DNA of 64,000 bases from Sulfolobales archaeon (GTDB taxonomy: Archaea > Thermoproteota > Thermoprotei_A > Sulfolobales > AG1). The translations under genes and the position numbers were made by a program. Below are positions 61,609-64,000 of this stretch, one piece after another. Numbering within the stretch: position 1 is the first letter of the stretch; each line of letters starts with the position of its first letter. A model generated the notes under the pieces. The model did no database searches. It saw only the letters and a program-made list of their open reading frames with translations, and was not told the origin of the DNA. The stretch is from assembly GCA_038867615.1 (NCBI GenBank), contig JAWBYA010000004.1:128001-192000 (forward strand), written 5' to 3'.

Positions 61609-62499
61609 TCAAGTTCTCCCATGATCTATTATTTGCGAGAGTATATTGGCAACATCAACCGGGGTTACTGCAACCCTTATCCCAACAGCCTCTAACGCCT
61701 TGATCTTTGTCTCTGCATCCCCCCTCCCCATACTTATTATAGCCCCGGCATGCCCCATTCTTTTACCCGGCGGTGCTGTTCTTCCAGCTATATAGGCTAC
61801 CATTGGTTTCGCCATGCCCCTCTCCTTTATATATTGTGCTAGCCTCTCCTCAGCGTCTCCTCCGATCTCTCCCACGACAACGATCGCCTTGGTCCTAGGA
61901 TCCTTGTTAAACATCTCAACAACCTCTATGAAGTCAAGCCCAACAACGGGATCCCCACCTATGCCGACCACAGTGCTCTGCCCCATACCTGCTTTGGAGA
62001 GGGCCTCGGAGATCTCATAGGTTAGAGTACCACTTCTAGAAACAATACCAACGCTCCCAGGCGAGAAGGATCTCGCGGGCATTATACCCACCTTAACCCT
62101 CTCTCCAGGAGATATAACTCCGGGGCAGTTGGGTCCCACAACAATAACTCCTTTGGATCTAGCGTATGATATCATCTTCATCTCATCATGAAGAGGAATA
62201 CCCTCGGTAATTACAATGATGGTCTTTATCCCAGCATCTATAGCCTCATAAAAAGCATCTGGAGCGTAGGGTGCTGGGACGAAAAGTATCGATGTATTTA
62301 TCTCAGGATGCATCCTAACAGCCCGTTCAACAGTATTATATACAGGTACACCATTAACGCTAGAACCACCCTTACCAGGTGTGACGCCGGCCACCACTTT
62401 AGTCCCATAATCCATCATGCTTGCAGTATGGTAGCTTCCCTCTCTACCAGTTATACCCTGAACAAGGACACGTGTACTCCGATCAACTATTATTGCCAA
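61609..62499 (-). CDS. sucD: Succinate--CoA ligase alpha subunit
   Basis: VQGITG, GPNCPG, SRSGTLTYE, GEIGG, MGHAGA; likely TTG start at 62499. Confidence 0.95.
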   Translation of the reverse strand: MAIIVDRSTRVLVQGITGREGSYHTASMMDYGTKVVAGVTPGKGGSSVNGVPVYNTVERAVRMHPEINTSILFVPAPYAPDAFYEAIDAGIKTIIVITEGIPLHDEMKMISYARSKGVIVVGPNCPGVISPGERVKVGIMPARSFSPGSVGIVSRSGTLTYEISEALSKAGMGQSTVVGIGGDPVVGLDFIEVVEMFNKDPRTKAIVVVGEIGGDAEERLAQYIKERGMAKPMVAYIAGRTAPPGKRMGHAGAIISMGRGDAETKIKALEAVGIRVAVTPVDVANILSQIIDHGRT

Positions 62500-62529
62500 G
62501 AGGCTTCTCCACAATAACATTTAATATGA

Positions 62530-62545
62530 GATTTAAATTTAAATC
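62530..62545. promoter_or_regulatory. 16-bp palindrome at the sucD TATA position
   Basis: GATTTAAATTTAAATC is a perfect palindrome 30-45 bp upstream of the sucD start. Confidence 0.4.
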
Positions 62546-62629
62546 GATATGGCATCCATAGCAGAAGTGCTAACAAACATTATAGCCAGACGGCGGTTTT
62601 AGACGGCTAAAATTACTACTAGCTACATA

Positions 62630-62790
62630 CATTCGCCTCTGGATATTCTTTGATATCTCTCCATAACCTAGAGCCCCACCCAGTCTAAGGGATCTAGTCT
62701 TCCCTATGGGATCACAACGTGTTTCTAGCCAAACGGCATAGAACTCTCAACCGCTAGGAGCATTTCTGGAATGCTTAGAACAATACCTCT
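62630..62790 (-). mobile_element. Degenerate copy 4 of the non-autonomous element
   Basis: AGCCAAACGGCA is identical to copy 1; CATTTCTGGAATGCTTAGAACAAT resembles CATTCTCTGGATGGCTTAGAGCAAT. Confidence 0.45.
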
Positions 62791-62868
62791 AGCACGAGCT
62801 AGAGAGGCTAATATCGAAAACAATACATCTCCAAAACAATAGAAAACACCTATAAATATCTATAAGAA

Positions 62869-63603
62869 CTAATAGGAGACCAGTCCATAGAATGCCTTGA
62901 AGGTGCCGAAGTCAACAGTTCTCATGATCTCTATTCCATGTGCCTTGAATAGAGAGATATAATCGCTTGTTCTAATAGCGTGAACAGCAAGCAGGCGGTT
63001 AAAGATCCTACCCTTAATGCTATCTGTAACAGCTACCGCGATCCTTACGCTTCCTCCTTTCCTTAGTATCCTTGATATCTCAGATATAACCTTAGCTTTA
63101 TCTCTAAAGATATGTATTACCAAACTTGATATATAGTGATCTATAGTAGCATTAGCTATAGGGATCCTATCTATAGAGGCTCTCAAAAACACCGCTTCCT
63201 TGGTCTTGCGAGAAGCTGTTCTAAGCATGGGTAGGGATATATCGATCCCTATCAAGGAGCCTCTATATCGTTTCCTCTCAAGCAGCGATAATAGGGATCC
63301 TGTACCGCAGCCCGCATCCACCAGGATCCCTTCGGATAGATTCCCGGTTAACTCTTCATAGAACTTATCAAGAGAGCCTCTTCCACTAAGCCTCCAACCA
63401 ACCCGGGACCATGGATCGTATAGTCTAGGGAATCTTTCGAAAAGCCCTACCCATCCTTGATCGCTGCCTAAGAAGTCGATGATCCTTCCATCGATAATGC
63501 TATACTTAGCACCACATTGTATACATACAATATATCCTTGCTCCTTTCTGAGCTTTGAGGAGCATTGGGGGCATTGTAGTACGGGTAACACGCTCTCTAT
63601 CAT
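62869..63603 (-). CDS. Class I SAM methyltransferase with an N-terminal Trm112-like zinc ribbon
   Basis: LQCPQC..CIQCGAKY..G; VDAGCGTG; EISRILRKGG. Confidence 0.85.
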   Translation of the reverse strand: MIESVLPVLQCPQCSSKLRKEQGYIVCIQCGAKYSIIDGRIIDFLGSDQGWVGLFERFPRLYDPWSRVGWRLSGRGSLDKFYEELTGNLSEGILVDAGCGTGSLLSLLERKRYRGSLIGIDISLPMLRTASRKTKEAVFLRASIDRIPIANATIDHYISSLVIHIFRDKAKVISEISRILRKGGSVRIAVAVTDSIKGRIFNRLLAVHAIRTSDYISLFKAHGIEIMRTVDFGTFKAFYGLVSY

Positions 63604-63654
63604 AGATAGCAGTCTCCTTGATTTAGTAATTATCGATTGCTTTTAGTCCTGACC

Positions 63655-63999
63655 CTAGCTATGATGTTTTCTACGAACATAGATATAGGCAGCTATGGAG
63701 AGCAGTATCACTATGACTGCCATAAGCATGATTGTACTCAGCGTGGGTAAAACCTCCCCAGATCTGCCTATCTGTGCTGTTTGTGTACCCGGCAATACCG
63801 TGTTTGTCATTGTTTCTACTATTATCGGGCTTGTTTGCGTCTCGTTGGTTATTGCTTCGCCCGCGCTACTCAGCACAGCCACTTGGGATCCTTGCGCGAG
63901 GAGCTTAGCTATTCTTAGAATTAACAATGACTGCTCATATAGAGACAAAGCCTGTGTTATCTGCCCCTTCTCTAACAGGTAATCGCCCATCTGTGCATA
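63655..63999 (-). CDS. C-terminal part of a membrane-anchored surface protein (5'-partial)
   Basis: Frame is open to the window end; Thr-rich linker, TM helix, basic tail RRK. Confidence 0.65.
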   Translation of the reverse strand, partial: YAQMGDYLLEKGQITQALSLYEQSLLILRIAKLLAQGSQVAVLSSAGEAITNETQTSPIIVETMTNTVLPGTQTAQIGRSGEVLPTLSTIMLMAVIVILLSIAAYIYVRRKHHS

Positions 64000-64000
64000 G

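Noticed and set aside
1-64000. CRISPR array, rRNA genes, intact transposase or integrase
   Set aside because: No regularly spaced 24-40-bp repeats, no rRNA-like stretch and no such ORF were seen.

Overview
64 kb of a crenarchaeal (Thermoprotei, probably Desulfurococcales-like) chromosome; the taxon is inferred from tetraether synthase Tes, PBP2, archaeal TyrRS/TrpRS, EF-1alpha, a SoxL/SoxN-type Rieske/cytochrome b pair and GC-rich CCA-encoding tRNAs. Most of the window is housekeeping and catabolic genes: tcuAB, a BMP-type ABC transporter, a CoA-transferase, a secreted PNGase A-like protein, lysA, an FdrA/cyclase cluster, glutamate synthase, enolase, tuf-rps10, thrC, glmS and sucD. Several features are not explained by the ORF track. 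(1) A ~2 kb gene-poor region contains an 11-7-11 inverted repeat flanked on both sides by GATC arrays spaced ~10 bp apart (candidate dif/origin-like chromosome-maintenance site). (2) An AT-rich island between tRNA-Arg(CCG) and tRNA-Ser(TGA) carries a decayed XRE-HTH + ImmA/IrrE regulator pair upstream of an intact ApeA-like HEPN gene. (3) A canonical box C/D sRNA has a guide predicting Cm34 of tRNA-Val(CAC) and lies next to a PP-loop-less TtuA/Ncs6 paralogue. (4) At least four diverged copies of a non-autonomous element resembling IS200/IS605 tnpB ends are present. (5) A PfkB kinase is frameshifted at a G7 run. No CRISPR array or rRNA was seen. All calls are by eye and motif recognition; no searches were run.
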